A DNA stretch of 64,000 nucleotides from Acidimicrobiia bacterium (GTDB taxonomy: Bacteria; Actinomycetota; Acidimicrobiia; Spongiisociales; ZC4RG35): NCBI GenBank assembly GCA_025928935.1, contig JAICNB010000001.1, forward strand, positions 18,326-82,325, written 5' to 3'. The stretch's first letter is position 1; every line of letters begins with the position of its first letter. A program made the position numbers and the translations under genes. The notes under the pieces are model-generated. The model was not told the DNA's origin. It saw nothing but the letters and a program-made list of their open reading frames with translations, and searched no databases. Positions 1 to 9,407 of the stretch are shown here, piece after piece.

Positions 1-657
1 ATGGGCTCCTACGCCATCATCGGCGCCCACCTGACCATCGCCAACGGGGCGGCATGGTCGGCCCAGATGAGGGGCAGTGGACAGGTCGCGGTCTGTTTCT
101 TCGGCGACGGCACCACCAACATCGGTGCATTCCACGAGGCTCTCAACATGGCCGCCATCTGGGCGCTACCTGTCGTCTTCGTCTGCGAGAACAACCTGTG
201 GATGGAATACACGCCGATCGACCTGATCACAGCCGTGCCCAACCCGGCCGCCGACCGCGCCGGTGCCTACGGACTGGAGCGCATCATCGTCGACGGCAAC
301 GACGCCGATGCCGTCTACGAGACAGCTGTCAGGGTGATCGACAGGGCACGCCGTGGGGACGGTCCCTCCCTCGTCGAGGCTCACACCTACCGCGAGCAGG
401 GACACAGCAGAGCCGACCCGGCCAAGTACCGGCCACCCGCCGAGGTGGAGGCCTGGAAGGCGAGGGACCCGATCCCGATGTACCACGAGCGGCTCCTCCG
501 CCTCGGGGTGCCCGAGGGGGACCTGAGCACGATCCAGCAGGATGTCGCCCGTCGGGTCGACGACGCGACCGAGTTCGCCAAGGGCGGCGCTCATCCCGGC
601 GAGGAGCACCTCATGAGCGACGTCTGGGCAGACGGGGGATCGGCATGGCGCAACTGA
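1..657 (+). CDS. TPP-dependent 2-oxoacid/acetoin dehydrogenase E1 component alpha subunit; 5'-truncated by the window edge
   Basis: Motif GDG..N.G.FHE..N.A....LPVVFVCENN typical of E1 alpha TPP-binding region; stop TGA at 655-657 overlaps start of beta subunit gene. Confidence 0.85.
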   Translation: MGSYAIIGAHLTIANGAAWSAQMRGSGQVAVCFFGDGTTNIGAFHEALNMAAIWALPVVFVCENNLWMEYTPIDLITAVPNPAADRAGAYGLERIIVDGNDADAVYETAVRVIDRARRGDGPSLVEAHTYREQGHSRADPAKYRPPAEVEAWKARDPIPMYHERLLRLGVPEGDLSTIQQDVARRVDDATEFAKGGAHPGEEHLMSDVWADGGSAWRN

Positions 658-1619
658 CCTATCGAAACGCGGTGGCCCACGGGATCGCCCAGGAGATGAG
701 GCGAGATCCCAACCTGGTGATGCTGGGGGAGGACATCGCCGGCGCCGGCGGTGTGTTCAAGACCACGGTCGGCCTTCTCGACGAGTTCGGCCCGGACCGC
801 GTTCGCGACACACCGATCTCCGAACAGGCGATCCTCGGCGCAGCGATGGGTGCCGCGATGACCGGTGTCCCGGTCATCGCCGAGATAATGTTCTCCGACT
901 TCATCGCGGTCTGCTTCGACCTGCTGGCCAATGAGATCGCCAAGTCCCGGTACATGACCGCCGGCCAGGTGAGTCTGCCGATCGTCGTGCGGACTGCCAA
1001 TGGTGGCGGCTCCCGGTTCGGGGCCCAGCACTCACAGAGTGTCGAGAACTGGGTGATGATGATCCCCGGCCTCAAGGTCGTGGCCCCCTCCACCCCCCTC
1101 GACGTGGTCGGGTTGATGGCGGCTTCGGTGCGCGACCCCGACCCGGTGGTGTTCCTGGAGCACAAGTCGCTCATGGCGGACAAGCAGGATGTGCCGGACG
1201 GAGAGATCGTCGACGACCTCGGCGTGGCCAGAGTCGTCCGTGAGGGCTCCGATTGCACCATCGCAGCCCTCGCCCTGATGGTCCCTCGAGCGCTGGAGGC
1301 GGCGAACCGTCTCGAGGACCAGGGGATATCGGCGGAGGTGATCGACGTGCGCTCACTGGTCCCGCTCGACACCCAGACCATCCTCGGCTCGGTGACCAAG
1401 ACCAGTCGCCTGTTCACGGTCGAGGAGAACCCCCGTCTTTGTGGTTGGGGCGCCGAGATCGCTTCGATCGTCACCGATGAGGTCTTCTGGGATCTGGATG
1501 GGCCGGTGGTGCGAATCACCACCCCGCACATCCCGCTGCCTGCCGCAGAGGCTCTGGAGGACATGGCGATCCCATCGGTCGACCTGATCGCAGAGACGAT
1601 CACCAAACGCATGGGCTGA
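645..1619 (+). CDS. 2-oxoacid/acetoin dehydrogenase E1 component beta subunit (transketolase-like)
   Basis: In-frame ATG at 645 (MAQLTYRNAVAHG...); transketolase-like pyrimidine-binding and C-terminal domains (GEDIAGAGGVFKTT, FLEHKSL). The Arg-rich translation upstream of 645 in the 54..1619 ORF is an out-of-gene artefact. Confidence 0.9.
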   Translation: MAQLTYRNAVAHGIAQEMRRDPNLVMLGEDIAGAGGVFKTTVGLLDEFGPDRVRDTPISEQAILGAAMGAAMTGVPVIAEIMFSDFIAVCFDLLANEIAKSRYMTAGQVSLPIVVRTANGGGSRFGAQHSQSVENWVMMIPGLKVVAPSTPLDVVGLMAASVRDPDPVVFLEHKSLMADKQDVPDGEIVDDLGVARVVREGSDCTIAALALMVPRALEAANRLEDQGISAEVIDVRSLVPLDTQTILGSVTKTSRLFTVEENPRLCGWGAEIASIVTDEVFWDLDGPVVRITTPHIPLPAAEALEDMAIPSVDLIAETITKRMG

Positions 1620-1676
1620 GCGGGTTTTGGCGAATCGGGCTAAACCTAGGCCCGTAACGGCCGAGTTATTCCCTGT

Positions 1677-2657
1677 ATGACCGGTCTTCGACCGCCTCCA
1701 AGGCAGGAGACGCCCAGCCGCGTGGTGTTTCGGATCGTCATGCTGGTCGTGCTCGTGGTCGCGGTCGGCACCGCCATCTGGACCGAGGTCACCCGTGACC
1801 GCATCGGCCTGATCGAAGATGTCTCTCTGGGCGAGCTCGACATCCAACCCGTCGTCACCGCTACCGGGACGAAGCTCAACGTCGTGAGAGAGGGAGAGGG
1901 GGCTGTGCCGGTTGTGCTGCTCCACGACGCAGATGTCGCCGGTGGTGTCACCTGGGACGGTGTGGTAGAAGGGCTCGATCCCCGCTTCGCGGTGATGAGG
2001 GTGGATCTGCCCGGGTTCGGGCTCAGCGAGAGGATCCCGAAAGAGGGGAGCCGTCACACCGTCGCCTCGATGGCCGTGGAAGTCGCCGATGTGATCCGTC
2101 AGGCATATGGCGAAGGCGTCGTCATTGCCGGTGTCGGCCTCGGCGGCGAAGTCGGGGCCGAGATCGCAGCCACGCAGCCTTCCCTGGTATCGGGCCTGAT
2201 CATGGTCGACGTCGACTTCTACAAGCCAGAAGGCTGGGTAGAGCTGGTGGAGAAGCTGCCCTGGGTAGGCACCGCGGCGACTTACGCCCTGGAGACGGCT
2301 GGCCCGTTGGCAGCGAGCCGCTGGGCTCCGAACTGCGAGACAGGGGGATGGTGCCCGAGCACCAGCCAGATCGCAGCCCGGGACCTGGCCGCGACCATCG
2401 TGGGCACCTCGGAGTCGCTCCGGGCCTTCCGCCGGACTCCGGCGGCATCCCAGGTTCCGTCGAAGCTGGGGGATATCAGCGTCCCCACCCAGTACCTGTG
2501 GAGTCAGGCCGGGAGCGTGCCCCGAGAGTCGGTGGATCGGGTGCAGGCGTCCATGCCCGGGGCGGCATTCGAAGTGGTGCCCGAGGCGTGGCAGGCCCAT
2601 CTCGATTCACCCGAGAACGTGGCAGCCGCCATCTCATCGCTCGCCCCTCAGGGCTGA
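1677..2657 (+). CDS. alpha/beta-hydrolase fold protein with N-terminal TM helix
   Basis: N-terminal hydrophobic segment, then HDADVAGG...GVGLGG (nucleophile-elbow-like GxGxG) typical of the alpha/beta hydrolase fold; follows the E1 genes as in aco/bkd-type operons. True start may be an internal Met. Confidence 0.6.
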   Translation: MTGLRPPPRQETPSRVVFRIVMLVVLVVAVGTAIWTEVTRDRIGLIEDVSLGELDIQPVVTATGTKLNVVREGEGAVPVVLLHDADVAGGVTWDGVVEGLDPRFAVMRVDLPGFGLSERIPKEGSRHTVASMAVEVADVIRQAYGEGVVIAGVGLGGEVGAEIAATQPSLVSGLIMVDVDFYKPEGWVELVEKLPWVGTAATYALETAGPLAASRWAPNCETGGWCPSTSQIAARDLAATIVGTSESLRAFRRTPAASQVPSKLGDISVPTQYLWSQAGSVPRESVDRVQASMPGAAFEVVPEAWQAHLDSPENVAAAISSLAPQG

Positions 2658-3673
2658 GCGTCCAGCTCCACCTGGTGCACCACGTTGTTGGCGTAGCCCA
2701 TGGCGTTCCAGGGTGCCTGCATCGGCTGGGTGTTGCCCGAGCCGTCGGTAGCCCTGGCCATCGCGATGTGGCGCCCCGGTCCTATCTCGAGCTCGCAATG
2801 CCATCGCACCGCCGACAACGGCCCCGAGCCCGGCTTCAGCTCTGCCGGCACCCAGGTCTCGCCGTGATCGATCGAGACGCAGACCTCGGCGACCGGGGCG
2901 GTGCCCGACCAGGCCGACCCGGCGAGAACAAGCTTGCCAGCCCTTACCGTCTCCCCGTCCGCAGGTGCCGCGATCACCGATCTGACCTGGATGGCGCCCA
3001 CCGGTGCTCCCTCGTCGTGCCTCTCGTCGGCGAGATAGCGATATCTATCGACGAAGTGGCCGGCGAATGGCCGGGTCACCCCCTCGATCCGGATGACCCA
3101 CTTGACCGATCTCATGGCGTAGTCCCCGGGGAGCATGAACCTGATCGGCCCACCGTGCTCGAGCCCGAGGGGCTCTCCTCCCCACCCGGTGACGAGCAGC
3201 GCCGAGCCATCTGCCAACCGCGTCGTGGGAACGGAGAACTGGTAGTTGACCTCGCCCTCGGGGTGGACCTCGCCCTTGTCGGCCCCGGTCACGACCAGCT
3301 CGATCACACCGTCCGGTAGATCCCCCAACAAATCGCTCAACCTCACTCCCCGGACCCTGACCGGGGACGCCCCACCGAGACCCCAGGCCAGGCCGTCGAC
3401 GACGGGCCGGATCAGCGATCGCCCGTTCCCGGCGCACTCGAGCACGAAGTCGATCTCCACGGACGGCAGGGCGTCGAGGTCTTCGGTGGTGATGGTCCGC
3501 GATGGCAGTCCGGGGATGACGACGTCGATCTTGCCGGTCAGGGCCTCGGGTGACGGGGCAATGAAGCTGTTGCGGACGTATGCCCGCTCCTGGCTGAGTA
3601 GGCGGCCGTCGAGTAGAGACACCGGAACGGCTGCATTGGTTGGGTCTTGGCTGAGGTACTCGAGGCCAGACAT
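2648..3673 (-). CDS. sulfite-oxidase-family molybdopterin oxidoreductase (Mo-binding and dimerisation domains, no heme domain)
   Basis: Oxidoreductase molybdopterin-binding fold motifs (CAGNGRS, GPIRFMLPG, SVKWV) and a C-terminal Ig-like Mo-co dimerisation domain. Confidence 0.75.
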   Translation of the reverse strand: MSGLEYLSQDPTNAAVPVSLLDGRLLSQERAYVRNSFIAPSPEALTGKIDVVIPGLPSRTITTEDLDALPSVEIDFVLECAGNGRSLIRPVVDGLAWGLGGASPVRVRGVRLSDLLGDLPDGVIELVVTGADKGEVHPEGEVNYQFSVPTTRLADGSALLVTGWGGEPLGLEHGGPIRFMLPGDYAMRSVKWVIRIEGVTRPFAGHFVDRYRYLADERHDEGAPVGAIQVRSVIAAPADGETVRAGKLVLAGSAWSGTAPVAEVCVSIDHGETWVPAELKPGSGPLSAVRWHCELEIGPGRHIAMARATDGSGNTQPMQAPWNAMGYANNVVHQVELDAQP

Positions 3674-3695
3674 CGGTTAGAGGATGGCACCTATC

Positions 3696-4328
3696 TCAAG
3701 GCAGCGTCTCGGCCACCCAGCGGGCCCAACGATCGGTGAGCTCGTCGATGGCCGCATTGTCGGATCCGATGGGGTGAAGCGTGGGGCCGACCACAACGCG
3801 GATCCGGCCCGGACGGAAGTGGTTGTCGATCCCGAGAACCCGATCGGATCCGATGACGGCCACTGCCACCATCGGCACCTGTCTCTTGACCGCCAGCCAG
3901 GCCGCACCCCTCTTGAAACCGGCCTCCCCGAATTGCTCCACCCTGATCCCCTCGGGGAATACGCCGACCACGCCACCCTCGTCGAGATGGGCGAGACATG
4001 CCCGCACGGTGCCCAACGGGACCGTCCCTCGACGCACCGCGATCACGTCCAGCGCGTCGAGCGTCCAGTCGAGCGAGCGGTGGTTGCCGTAGAGGTCGAC
4101 GAGGGCGATGAACCGTGCTCGCTTGCCGTAGGCCGCCGCCCCCACCAGGGGAGGGTCGAGGAATGAGTAGTGGTTGGCTGCCAGCACGAATGGCGGCTCG
4201 GGGAAGCCCGGGCCGCGGTCGACTCTGAGCCTCCACAGGAGGCGAGCTCCCAGCTTGATGGACGGGATCACGACCGGCCAGAAGAGGCGGCTCTTGAGGG
4301 AGCGCTGGGCCGGGGCGGACCGGTTCAA
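3696..4328 (-). CDS. 1-acyl-sn-glycerol-3-phosphate (lysophospholipid) acyltransferase, PlsC family
   Basis: NHYSFLD (HxxxxD acyltransferase motif) and FPEG motif. Confidence 0.75.
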   Translation of the reverse strand: MNRSAPAQRSLKSRLFWPVVIPSIKLGARLLWRLRVDRGPGFPEPPFVLAANHYSFLDPPLVGAAAYGKRARFIALVDLYGNHRSLDWTLDALDVIAVRRGTVPLGTVRACLAHLDEGGVVGVFPEGIRVEQFGEAGFKRGAAWLAVKRQVPMVAVAVIGSDRVLGIDNHFRPGRIRVVVGPTLHPIGSDNAAIDELTDRWARWVAETLP

Positions 4329-5296
4329 GGGATGAGCAGGACCTTGCCCGTCGTCTCCCTTGCTTCGAGGGCGCGATGGGCGTCAGCAGCACGATCCAGT
4401 GGTAGCTCCTGTCCCACCCGGACATCCAGCTCGCCCGCCTCCATCCAGGAGAAGAGGTCGGCGCTTCGGCCGAGCAACTCGTCCCTGGTGAGGAGGTAAT
4501 GCGCCATGGTGGGGCGGGTCAGGAACAATGAGCCCTTCTGTGAGAGCAGGAGTGGCGATATCTCCGGGACAGGTCCCGATGCATTGCCGAAGGTGGCCAT
4601 CAACCCCCGGGGCCGGAGGAGATCCAGGCCTTTCATGAAGGTGTCGGCGCCGACCCCGTCGTAGACCACGTCGAGAGGCTTCGGCCCGGCCACCTCCTCG
4701 ATCGCCGTCTGGAAGTCCTCTTCGGTGTAGACGATGACATGGTCGGCCCCGGCCTCGCGACTGAGCCGGGCTTTGTCGGCGGTGCCGACGGTGGTGAACA
4801 CCTCGGCCCCGCGTCGCTTGGCGATCTGGGTCAGGAGCAGCCCGACTCCTCCTGCCCCGGCGTGGATCAAGCAGCGGTCCCCGGGCTGGAGGGGCCAGGT
4901 GTCGGTGGCCAGATAATGAGCTGTCAACCCCTGGAGCAGGACTGCGGCCGCCAGGCGAAGCTCCACACCATCGGGCACCCGCACCGCCCGGTCCGCCTGG
5001 ACGAGATGACGCTCCGCATAAGAGCCGAGCACATTGGCCCAGCCGACACGATCCCCGGGCTCGATCCCATCGACGCCTGCGCCCACTGCGACCACGGTCC
5101 CCGCCCCCTCCATCCCCGGGGTGAAGGGGAGATCCATGTCGTACAAACCCCTTCGGTGGTAGACGTCGACGAAGTTCACCCCGGCCGCGGCCACATCGAC
5201 CAGCAGCTCGCCCGGCCCGGGTGCGTCAAGGCCGGGCACCTCCTTCGGGATGAGCTTCTCCGCCCCTCCCAGCTCCTCGACGACGATGGCTTTCAC
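4325..5296 (-). CDS. NADPH:quinone oxidoreductase (zinc-type alcohol dehydrogenase superfamily, Qor-like)
   Basis: MDR fold: N-terminal GroES-like domain, Rossmann motif AGAGGVG; overlaps PlsC start by 4 nt (operon). Confidence 0.85.
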   Translation of the reverse strand: MKAIVVEELGGAEKLIPKEVPGLDAPGPGELLVDVAAAGVNFVDVYHRRGLYDMDLPFTPGMEGAGTVVAVGAGVDGIEPGDRVGWANVLGSYAERHLVQADRAVRVPDGVELRLAAAVLLQGLTAHYLATDTWPLQPGDRCLIHAGAGGVGLLLTQIAKRRGAEVFTTVGTADKARLSREAGADHVIVYTEEDFQTAIEEVAGPKPLDVVYDGVGADTFMKGLDLLRPRGLMATFGNASGPVPEISPLLLSQKGSLFLTRPTMAHYLLTRDELLGRSADLFSWMEAGELDVRVGQELPLDRAADAHRALEARETTGKVLLIP

Positions 5297-5310
5297 GGCT
5301 GCCCTACCGT

Positions 5311-5778
5311 CTAGCCCCGACTGCGCAGCTCGTCGGCGAGAACATCGTCGGGGAGGAACGAGAGGTCGGGTGGGCCGGCATCGGAACCGAGGCAGCGCTC
5401 CACGGTGTCACGCAGCGTTCGGGCCCAGGCCTTTCCCTTGGCCTCGGCTTCGAAGCTGAGCGTGGAGTCCGGGTTGACGGTGTAGACGCGGGCTGTGATC
5501 TGGGGATTGGCCCGCGAGCCACGCTCGCCGTAGACGAGGAGTGTGGCGCCCATGGGAAGGTCCTGGATGCCGCCCGTGGCGACGAACGACCCCCCAAACG
5601 CCCAGCCCGACGCCCTCGCCTGGTCGACCGAATCGACGACCTTGGCCCAGTTCTTGTGCCGCTCGTCTCCCAACAGGGGGACCTCGACCGGCACCGTCAT
5701 GACGTCGCCCATGAAGCGAGCGTAGACAACGGCGGTCGGGAACTGCGAGGTCGTGCCGGTAGGCTCTAGCCTCGCCAT
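5311..5778 (-). CDS. hypothetical protein
   Basis: Only the 3' third (about 155 aa from MARLEPTG) of the long 5311..6420 ORF is non-overlapping, with coding-like GC3; its ATG at 5778 is back-to-back with the ATG of the divergent gene at 5779. Confidence 0.4.
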   Translation of the reverse strand: MARLEPTGTTSQFPTAVVYARFMGDVMTVPVEVPLLGDERHKNWAKVVDSVDQARASGWAFGGSFVATGGIQDLPMGATLLVYGERGSRANPQITARVYTVNPDSTLSFEAEAKGKAWARTLRDTVERCLGSDAGPPDLSFLPDDVLADELRSRG

Positions 5779-6777
5779 ATGGCCCAGCTCCGCCTCTTTG
5801 CCAACCTCAGGGAACTCGCCGGCACATCGCGGCTCGATGTGCCGTCGGACACCGTTGGTGGGGTCATCGCGTTGGCGTCGGAGAAGTTCGGGCCCGACTT
5901 CCAGCGCGGGGTCGAGACGGCACGCGTCTGGCTCAATGGCGAGTCCGCCGCCATGGAGGACAGGGTCACCGAGAGCGACGAGGTGGTCTTGCTGCCTCCC
6001 GTGTCCGGTGGGGACCAGCCTGCAGTCTCGCTGTCGGCGGTGGACCTCAAGGCTTTCCTCCCTGCTGCGGTGGCCGTGGTGGCAATCCTGGCCAACACCC
6101 AGGGTCAAGAGATCTGGGCTGCCGTCCTGGTGCTCATCGCCGCGATATGGGCCGTCGACGTGGGGTCTGCCTTCGAAGCGAGGGGCAAGGACTTCGCCAC
6201 GCTGGCCGTGGTGGTCACTGCAGCCGGTTCGGCCATGGCGGCACACGTCGCAGGGGGCGATGGCTATGCCCTCGCCGTCGTCCTCGCAGTCGTGGTGGGC
6301 CTGGGGTGGGCTGTCGCCTTCGCCCGCTATCGAAAGCCGGACGTGTTCAGCCCCACTGTCCTCGTGGCGTTGCTCGCTGGGCTGGGCACGGCATCTCTCG
6401 TGCTGGCCCGATCTGCCCACTCTCCGGAGCCGAGCGCGGTCGACGTGTTCCTGGTCTCCGTCATCGCCGCTCTGGCTCTCGGAGCAATCGTCGAGAGAGT
6501 CCCACCCATCCCCATGCTCGACCCGTTCTCGGTCACTGCTCTCGGAGCCGTGATCGCCGCCGTGGTCGTCGCCTGGATCTGGGATCTCTCCATCGTCTCT
6601 TATCTGCTGGTTGGCCTCGGCATAGCCGTCGCCCTATTGGCCGGGCGTGGATTGTCTTCGATGCTCCGCACGGGTCGGGTCTCATTGACCGAGCGCGCCC
6701 CGGGCACGCTCGTGAGCCTGGACGGTGTCGCCCTGGCCGCTGCTATCTACTACCCGTTGTTGCTCCTGGTTCTCTGA
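5779..6777 (+). CDS. MoaD/ThiS-like sulfur-carrier domain (ends in ...PPVSGG) fused in frame to a polytopic membrane domain
   Basis: N-terminal 78 aa align to E. coli MoaD (LFANLRELAGT..., SDEVVLLPPVSGG vs GDEVAFFPPVTGG). No stop follows GG; the frame continues about 250 aa through 6-7 hydrophobic helices. Confidence 0.6.
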   Translation: MAQLRLFANLRELAGTSRLDVPSDTVGGVIALASEKFGPDFQRGVETARVWLNGESAAMEDRVTESDEVVLLPPVSGGDQPAVSLSAVDLKAFLPAAVAVVAILANTQGQEIWAAVLVLIAAIWAVDVGSAFEARGKDFATLAVVVTAAGSAMAAHVAGGDGYALAVVLAVVVGLGWAVAFARYRKPDVFSPTVLVALLAGLGTASLVLARSAHSPEPSAVDVFLVSVIAALALGAIVERVPPIPMLDPFSVTALGAVIAAVVVAWIWDLSIVSYLLVGLGIAVALLAGRGLSSMLRTGRVSLTERAPGTLVSLDGVALAAAIYYPLLLLVL

Positions 6778-6823
6778 TCTCTCACTGGCGGGGCCCCGAT
6801 CGATCTGGTTAGCCTGATCGGCG

Positions 6824-7915
6824 ATGCGTGCCCGAACGAAGCACGTTCGCCACATCAGCCTCCTCACCCTCGTGGCGATGGCCACTTTGTTGTTCCCGGC
6901 AGCCGGTCTGGCCATTACGAAGACACAGGTCGAGGAGGCATGCGCCAACTCGAGGGCCCAGCTCGACGAATACCGGGCCGCACAGGCCGCGTTCGAAGAC
7001 GCCGCACGGGCCTACGAGACGGCAGTGCTGGAGGTAGACAGGGTCGAGCGGAAGCAGGCTTCGGTCTCGGGCTCGGTGACCAGCCACACCGAGGAGCTGG
7101 ATCAGATCCAGGCCATGATCGAGGATCAGGCGGTGGAGCTCTACATGCGGGGCGGCCTGGCCAGCCCGGGGATCATCTTCTCCGCCTCATCGGTCGACCA
7201 GTTCATGACGACCTCGGAGTTCCTCACGACTGCGGCCACCGGTGGCCAGGAGTCACTCGCCGAGCTGATCGCCGCCCGGAGCGAGCTGAACAGGTTCCAG
7301 GTCGTTCTCGACGACACGCGGGTCGAGCTGGAGGCGGTTGAAGCCCAGAAGCTCACTGCCCGGACCAATCAGGAGTCCGCCATGGAGGCGGAGCTGGCGG
7401 CCTACGCCAAGCTGGAAGGTCGTTGCAAGGATCTGGCGGTCGAGTACGACCGTCAGCAGGCCGAGCTCGCCGCCCGTGCCCGGCAGCGGGCGGCGGGGTC
7501 CGTCCAAGTCGGCTCCTTCATCTGCCCATTCACGCCCGGGCGGACATCGTTCATCGACAGCTGGGGAGATCCGAGATCGGGTGGCCGTGCCCACAAAGGC
7601 ACCGACTTGTTCGCCGCCATGGACGAGCCGATATATGCGGTCAGGTCGGGTCGGGTATCCACGGGCAACGGCGGCCTCGGCGGAAAGAGCATCTGGCTGG
7701 CCGGTGACAACGGGATCGGCTTCTACTACGCCCACCTCTCCGGCTTCAACGTGTCATCGGGTCAGACGGTCAGCCAAGGACAGACGATCGGCTACAACGG
7801 CAATACGGGCAACGCCAGCGGAGGCCCACCGCACCTCCACTTCGAGATCCACCCCGGAGGACGGGGCTCTGCGGCGGTCAACCCCTACGCGACGCTGGCA
7901 GGGGCATGCAGGTAG
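6824..7915 (+). CDS. secreted M23 (LytM) family metallopeptidase with N-terminal coiled-coil (EnvC/RipC-like)
   Basis: Signal peptide; long coiled-coil; C-terminal LytM catalytic motifs HKGTD...YAHLS...HLHFEIH. Confidence 0.8.
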   Translation: MRARTKHVRHISLLTLVAMATLLFPAAGLAITKTQVEEACANSRAQLDEYRAAQAAFEDAARAYETAVLEVDRVERKQASVSGSVTSHTEELDQIQAMIEDQAVELYMRGGLASPGIIFSASSVDQFMTTSEFLTTAATGGQESLAELIAARSELNRFQVVLDDTRVELEAVEAQKLTARTNQESAMEAELAAYAKLEGRCKDLAVEYDRQQAELAARARQRAAGSVQVGSFICPFTPGRTSFIDSWGDPRSGGRAHKGTDLFAAMDEPIYAVRSGRVSTGNGGLGGKSIWLAGDNGIGFYYAHLSGFNVSSGQTVSQGQTIGYNGNTGNASGGPPHLHFEIHPGGRGSAAVNPYATLAGACR

Positions 7916-7925
7916 CCTGCCCGCT

Positions 7926-8456
7926 GTGACCGAGCATCGACGCCGTATCGACATCGTCCTCGAGCCGGAGTACGTGGCGGACCTGTCGGAGGCGAGTCTC
8001 GATGATCTGCGCCGGCGCCGGGAGTCGGCTGAAGACGTCGAGACCCAGATCTCCTATTACCGCCGTCTACTCCACGGTCGCCTCGATCTGCTCAACTTCG
8101 AGCTGAGGCGTCGGAACGGCCAGGAGGAGCGAACCCTCATCGAGGCGCTGCCCGAGATCCTCGCCACCGGGATGACATTTGGCGCCGAGCCCAACCTCCG
8201 TCACATCGAGACCATGCCTCCGATTCCGACGACCACGGGCCGGCGTCTGATCGACAAGATCATGGACGATGGCATCCTCACCCAGCTGCCCGAGCTGACC
8301 GAGGAGGAGCTCACCGAGGCGGTGGACCGGCTCGAGGAGGTCGAGAAGGAGCTCTCGGTGCAGCGTCGACAGCTGCACACGGTGATCGACGCCCTCCAGG
8401 ACGAGATCATTGCCCGTTACCGGAGCCAGCAGGGCGAAACACAGCCGGCGGGCTGA
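7926..8456 (+). CDS. hypothetical protein, predicted coiled-coil
   Basis: In-frame GTG at 7926 just after the M23 stop; the upstream part of the 7338..8456 ORF overlaps the peptidase gene and is discarded. Confidence 0.45.
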   Translation: MTEHRRRIDIVLEPEYVADLSEASLDDLRRRRESAEDVETQISYYRRLLHGRLDLLNFELRRRNGQEERTLIEALPEILATGMTFGAEPNLRHIETMPPIPTTTGRRLIDKIMDDGILTQLPELTEEELTEAVDRLEEVEKELSVQRRQLHTVIDALQDEIIARYRSQQGETQPAG

Positions 8457-8459
8457 GAC

Positions 8460-9407
8460 GTGCTGGCGGCGCGGACCCGCTCGGGCCTCGATGAGACGAT
8501 GCACGATGGGGCGGTGGCTGTCATGTCGGTGGACGGCACGTTGATCGCCTCGAGCGGCGACATCGACCAGGCCTTCTTCCTCAGATCCGCCTCCAAGCCG
8601 TTCCAGGCGCTCGTGTCCCAAGAGTGCGGGGCCGGCTTGGGGCCGTTGGAGTTGGCGGTCGCCGCCGGATCGCATGACGGGGACCCCGTCCATGTGGCCC
8701 TGGTCGAGGCCATGCTGGCCGGGGCCGCCCTCACCGATGCCGACCTCCGCTGCCCTCCGACCCGGCCGTTGTCCCAGGCAGCGGCGGCCCGACATCGAGA
8801 TCAAGGCAGGGACGAGGCCCGGGCCCTGTGGAACAACTGCTCGGGCAAGCACGCCGCATGGCTCCGGGCTTGTCGGCAACAGGGCTGGCCCCTGGACACG
8901 TATCTGGCCCCCGACCACCCGATTCAGGTGCTGATCACTGATCTGCTCGAGGATCTCGGTGAGTTCCCGGTCGCCCCGGTCGGGGTGGACGGTTGCGGGG
9001 CGCCGGTCCATCGGACCACGACGCGGGCCATGGCGCTCCTCTATGCGCAGCTCGCCGCCCGGCCCCGTCTGAGAGAGGTGTTCGCTGCGATGCATCGCTA
9101 TCCGGCCCTCGTCTCGGGCATGGGCAATGGCGACGCGGCCATCGCCACCAACCTCAACGCGGCTGCCAAGCGGGGAGCCGCGGGCTGCATCGGTGTTGCC
9201 ATCGAGGGAAGGTTCGGTGTCGCGGTCAAGTCCTGGGACGGGATACAGGAGGTCGCTGATTGCGCGGCCATCGCCACCCTGTCCGCCCTGGGCGAGGTGG
9301 CACCGGTGGCGGTGCGGCGGTTGGAGCCGCTGGCCCGGCCCCGTGTGTTGGGTGGAGGCCGGGTAGTCGGGGAGTTGGAGCCGAGGGTCTCCTTGCGATG
9401 GGCATGA
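8460..9407 (+). CDS. asparaginase-II-family (L-asparaginase II-like) protein
   Basis: Residual family-level resemblance (NCSGKHAAWL region, size about 315 aa); moderate confidence only. Confidence 0.55.
   Translation: MLAARTRSGLDETMHDGAVAVMSVDGTLIASSGDIDQAFFLRSASKPFQALVSQECGAGLGPLELAVAAGSHDGDPVHVALVEAMLAGAALTDADLRCPPTRPLSQAAAARHRDQGRDEARALWNNCSGKHAAWLRACRQQGWPLDTYLAPDHPIQVLITDLLEDLGEFPVAPVGVDGCGAPVHRTTTRAMALLYAQLAARPRLREVFAAMHRYPALVSGMGNGDAAIATNLNAAAKRGAAGCIGVAIEGRFGVAVKSWDGIQEVADCAAIATLSALGEVAPVAVRRLEPLARPRVLGGGRVVGELEPRVSLRWA

Noticed and set aside
54-1619. 521-aa ORF with a 200-residue Arg/Gly-rich N-terminus
   Set aside because: The N-terminal part is an alternate frame running over the E1 alpha gene. 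The real E1 beta gene starts at the in-frame ATG at 645, overlapping the E1 alpha stop.
659-2600. Long antisense ORFs (659..1612 -, 1353..2600 -) opposite the E1 beta and alpha/beta-hydrolase genes
   Set aside because: Typical high-GC shadow ORFs: Arg/Pro/Gly-rich translations, no motifs, and they overlap well-supported genes on the other strand.
7338-7925. 5' part of ORF 7338..8456 overlapping the M23 peptidase
   Set aside because: Pro/Arg/Ser-rich alternate-frame translation of the peptidase gene. Only the portion after the peptidase stop (from the GTG at 7926) is retained.
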